Shown here: piece after piece, positions 60,361 to 64,000 of the stretch
Numbering within the stretch: the first letter of the stretch is position 1
Layout of the letters: every line of letters starts with the position of its first letter
From: Nitrosopumilus sp.
GTDB taxonomy: Archaea > Thermoproteota > Nitrososphaeria > Nitrososphaerales > Nitrosopumilaceae
Assembly: GCA_965205425.1 (NCBI GenBank)
Contig: CBDBGZ010000009.1
Location: 160,001-224,000, forward strand
DNA length: 64,000 bases
Direction: 5' to 3'
Made by a program: the position numbers and the translations under genes
Notes under the pieces: model-generated
What the model was told of the DNA's origin: nothing
The model's input: only the letters and a program-made list of their open reading frames with translations
Database searches by the model: none

Positions 60361-61947
60361 TTATTTTATTTGATTTTTCCTTATTGTTCGATTATAGGAT
60401 ACACCAAATCTGTGAGTTTCATCTCTGGCATACTGTAAAATTTTCAGAGATGGTTTGTATTTTGGAATAATTACAGGATTTTTATTTTTTGGCAGATAGA
60501 CTTCTTCATTTTCTTTAGCTAATGAGATACAAGGCAAATTCAAACCAAGAGATTCCAAAGATTTTAGAGCAGCACTGAGTTGGCCTTTTCCGCCATCAAT
60601 AACAATCAAATCAGGAAGTTCAGAATTTTCTTCAAGTAAACGATAGTATCGTCGTTTTATGATTTCACCAATCATTGCAAAATCATCTCTTCCAGAGACT
60701 GTTTTAATTTTGAATTTTCTATATCCAGATTTATTTGGAATGCCACCAACAAATCTAGACATAGAGCCTACTGCAAAGTCTTCCCCATGGTTAGAAATAT
60801 CAAAACATTCAATGGTATTTGGAATCACAGGTAGATTTAGAATTTCTTTTAATTCAACTAGGCCAGGATCACCACCTTTAGAGTGAATTAGTTTAATATT
60901 TTTTAAAATTAAATTTAGAATTTCTTTTTTCTTTCCTTTTGTAGGAGATAAAATTTGAACATTTAGTCCAGATTGTTCAGATAGTAATGACTCTAATAAT
61001 TTTTTATTTTCAGGAAACTCACTAACTAAAATAAATTTTGGTATTTTATGTGTAGAATAGTACTGGAATAAGAAATTAGAAAATGAATTATCACCTACTA
61101 AATCAAAAAAGAATTTGTCACTATCTCTAATTACCCCATTAATCATTCTAAAATTCATCACAGACGCAGATTGTTCTTGAATACCTATACCAAAATATTC
61201 CTCATCAGAATTTTCAACATATTCCATTTTTTGTTTAGTCTGAAGACTTCCAAGCCTAATCAATGTATCACGAATATCTTTTGCACGCTCAAACTGCTGA
61301 GATTCTGCAGCTTGTTGCATTTCTTCTTCTAATTTCTTAGTGAAAACTTTGGTTTGGTTTTTACCTTTGAGAACATCTTGTAGAGCCTTAACGTGTTTAG
61401 GATATTTTTCTTGAGCATCTTTAAATTCACAAGGTCCTTCACAATTTCCCAAATGATATTCTAAACATACTTTTTTTGGCAGGGTTTTACAAATTCTAAT
61501 TTGAAATGCTTTTCTTAACGTGCCAATTGTAAGTAATTTTGAACTTCCTTGAGTAAACGGTCCAAAGGTTTTCCCTTTCCCTAAAAATTTACCATCCCTA
61601 GTTCGTCTCGATACTAATAACCGGGGATATTTTTCATCAGAAATTCTCAGATAGGTGTATCTTTGTTGATCTTTTAATTCTATATTGAATCTTGGACGAT
61701 ATTTTTTGATCATGTTGGATTCTAAAAGAAATGCTTCACTTTCATTATCAGTTAAAACAAATTCAATTTCAAAAATATTTTCTACAAGTTTTTGTGTTTT
61801 GTAATTTTGATTTTTGTTAAAATATGATTTTACTCTATTTTTTAAATTCTTGGCCTTACCAATATAGATAATTGTACCATCAGAATCTTTCATCAAATAG
61901 ATTCCAGGATCAGTAGGGATAGTTATTTTAGAAATATCAAAAGTCAT
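60361..61947 (-). CDS. uvrC: Excinuclease ABC subunit C
   Basis: GIY-YIG (PGIY..YIGKAKNL), ECFDISN, IDGGKGQ, RDETHRF. Confidence 0.95.
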   Translation of the reverse strand: MTFDISKITIPTDPGIYLMKDSDGTIIYIGKAKNLKNRVKSYFNKNQNYKTQKLVENIFEIEFVLTDNESEAFLLESNMIKKYRPRFNIELKDQQRYTYLRISDEKYPRLLVSRRTRDGKFLGKGKTFGPFTQGSSKLLTIGTLRKAFQIRICKTLPKKVCLEYHLGNCEGPCEFKDAQEKYPKHVKALQDVLKGKNQTKVFTKKLEEEMQQAAESQQFERAKDIRDTLIRLGSLQTKQKMEYVENSDEEYFGIGIQEQSASVMNFRMINGVIRDSDKFFFDLVGDNSFSNFLFQYYSTHKIPKFILVSEFPENKKLLESLLSEQSGLNVQILSPTKGKKKEILNLILKNIKLIHSKGGDPGLVELKEILNLPVIPNTIECFDISNHGEDFAVGSMSRFVGGIPNKSGYRKFKIKTVSGRDDFAMIGEIIKRRYYRLLEENSELPDLIVIDGGKGQLSAALKSLESLGLNLPCISLAKENEEVYLPKNKNPVIIPKYKPSLKILQYARDETHRFGVSYNRTIRKNQIK

Positions 61948-64000
61948 TTTTTTAATAATTTCTTTAGATACTTTCCAGTATAACTTCCAGGTGCTTTGGA
62001 AATTTGTTTAGGAGTACCAATAGCCACAACTTTACCACCTTCATCACCACCTTCAGGTCCAAGATCAATTAACCAATCAGAATTTTTTATTACATCCATG
62101 TTGTGTTCAATTACAACTACAGAATTCCCCAAGTTTACTAACCGATTAAGAACATCTAATAATTTTTGAACGTCAGCAAAATGTAAACCTGTTGTAGGCT
62201 CATCTAAAATGTAAAGAGTTTTCCCAGTTCCGCGTTTAGATAATTCAGATGCAAGTTTTACTCTTTGAGCTTCACCTCCAGACAAAGTTGTAGAGGATTG
62301 CCCTAGTTTGATGTAACCCAAACCAACATCATATACTGTTTGTAGTTTTCTTTTAATAGCAGGAATATTCTCAAAGAAATTTAATGCCTCATAAACAGTC
62401 ATACCCAAAATATCAGAGATATTTTTTCCTTTATACAAAACATATAAGGTTTCAGTATTGTATCTTTTACCCTTACATTCATCACATTTTACATAAACAT
62501 CAGATAAAAACTGCATTTCGATTTGTTTAACACCATCACCATCACATGCAAAGCACCTGCCATCAGCTACGTTAAATGAAAATTGTCCTGGAGCATATCC
62601 ACGTTCTTTAGATAATGCAGTATTGGAATAAAGTTCTCGAATAGGGGTAAATGCACCAATATATGTAGCAGGATTTGAACGAGGAGTCCTTCCAATTGGA
62701 GATTGATCAATTGCAATAACTTTGTCGATATTATCTAAACCAAGAATTTCTTTGTGAGCTCCGGGTCTAACATTTGATTTGTAGAAATGATTTTCCAATG
62801 TTTTTAATAAAATATCATTTATCAACGTAGATTTTCCAGATCCAGATACTCCAGTTACTGAAACAAAAAGTCCTAAAGGAATTTCAACATCAATATCTTT
62901 AAGATTATTTTCTGAGGCATTCTTTATAATTAATGAACCAGAAGAATTACGGATTTTTTCATCGAGATTTATCAATGAATTGTTTCTCAAATATTTACCA
63001 GTTACAGATTTTTTATCTTTAAGAATTTGATTTACAGTTCCTTGAAAAACAACATTTCCTCCATGTACGCCAGCTCCAGGACCTAAATCAACCATCCAGT
63101 CTGAATTTCGTATAACTTCCTCGTCATGCTCTACAACTATGACTGTATTTCCCAGATTTCGTAGCTTATTTAGCGTTTTAATTAATCTAGTGTTATCTCG
63201 CTGATGTAATCCAATAGTAGGTTCATCAAGCACATACAAAACTCCAGTTAAGTTAGAACCAATCTGAGTAGCTAATCGTATTCGTTGCGATTCACCTCCA
63301 GACAATGTAGAACTTAATCGATTTAATGTAAGATAATTCAATCCAACATTCATTAAAAATTCTAAACGTTCTCTAATTTCTTTTAGAACATCTCTTGCAA
63401 TGTATTGTTCATTTTCAGTTAATTTTAACGAGGAAAAGAAATCATAGCAATGATCAATGGACATATCACATACATCCATAATTCCTTTTTCATTAATTTT
63501 TACTGCAAGTGATTCAGGTTTTAATTTTTTACCATCACATGTTGTACAAGGAGTATCCCTCATGAATTGTTTAAGCCATTCTCGTTTGGATTCAGAATCA
63601 GTTTCCATAAATGTGCGTTGCAAATTAGATAAGACACCTTCAAATGTATTTGTAGATTGCCAAGAAGAGTCTCCAGATTTTGAACGATATGTAAAATCAA
63701 TTAAATCATCGGTTCCGTGTAAAATTATTTGAAGATGTTTAGATTTTATCTTATCAAAAGGAGTCATTAAATCAAAACCAAATTTTTTCCCAACTGCCCT
63801 TAATGCTTGGCGTCGAAATGCAGAGAATCGTCCACTCCATGGAACAATAGCACCATCCAAAATAGATTTTGTTTTATCTGGAACTACTAAATCAGCATCA
63901 AATTCCATCTTTACACCTAAACCATTACATGTTTTACACATACCAAAAGGAGAATTAAATGAAAAAGATCTTGGCTCTAGTTCACCTACAGTCAAACCAC
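61944..64000 (-). CDS. uvrA: Excinuclease ABC subunit A (5' part outside window)
   Basis: FSFNSPFG, two LSGGE signatures, GVSGSGKST. Confidence 0.96.
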   Translation of the reverse strand, partial: GLTVGELEPRSFSFNSPFGMCKTCNGLGVKMEFDADLVVPDKTKSILDGAIVPWSGRFSAFRRQALRAVGKKFGFDLMTPFDKIKSKHLQIILHGTDDLIDFTYRSKSGDSSWQSTNTFEGVLSNLQRTFMETDSESKREWLKQFMRDTPCTTCDGKKLKPESLAVKINEKGIMDVCDMSIDHCYDFFSSLKLTENEQYIARDVLKEIRERLEFLMNVGLNYLTLNRLSSTLSGGESQRIRLATQIGSNLTGVLYVLDEPTIGLHQRDNTRLIKTLNKLRNLGNTVIVVEHDEEVIRNSDWMVDLGPGAGVHGGNVVFQGTVNQILKDKKSVTGKYLRNNSLINLDEKIRNSSGSLIIKNASENNLKDIDVEIPLGLFVSVTGVSGSGKSTLINDILLKTLENHFYKSNVRPGAHKEILGLDNIDKVIAIDQSPIGRTPRSNPATYIGAFTPIRELYSNTALSKERGYAPGQFSFNVADGRCFACDGDGVKQIEMQFLSDVYVKCDECKGKRYNTETLYVLYKGKNISDILGMTVYEALNFFENIPAIKRKLQTVYDVGLGYIKLGQSSTTLSGGEAQRVKLASELSKRGTGKTLYILDEPTTGLHFADVQKLLDVLNRLVNLGNSVVVIEHNMDVIKNSDWLIDLGPEGGDEGGKVVAIGTPKQISKAPGSYTGKYLKKLLKK

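Overview
AT-rich chromosome segment of an ammonia-oxidising archaeon (Nitrosopumilus-like, judged from gene content such as CdvC/Vps4, A-type ATPase subunit F and a cupredoxin). Housekeeping genes (aspS, ilvB-ilvH-leuA-leuB, lsrF-like aldolase, carAB, citrate synthase, uvrAC) are interspersed with many IS elements (two IS481, ISH3, two IS630, a nested IS5-family element) and three 135-bp MITEs, several of which break genes. The main feature is a ~25 kb integrated element (16438-41403), most likely a temperate enveloped (spindle-shaped/pleomorphic-type) provirus, inserted at a TTTCTAGAA core inside a metallophosphoesterase gene. It encodes an internal tyrosine recombinase, a Dam-type methylase, HNH nucleases, many Zn fingers, a P-loop ATPase, a capsid-like two-helix protein and an adhesin, but no recognisable replicase. 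Its non-coding sequence holds a three-operator divergent switch with an AbrB-type repressor, a complete C/D-box guide sRNA, two further hairpin RNAs, two element-specific promoter classes and repeats next to attR. Four of its basic proteins share a G-h-h-D-[YF] motif. In host DNA there is a candidate Ile/Leu/Val leader-peptide attenuator before ilvB and an apparent non-AUG start for carA. All family calls come from motif recognition by eye; no database searches were run.
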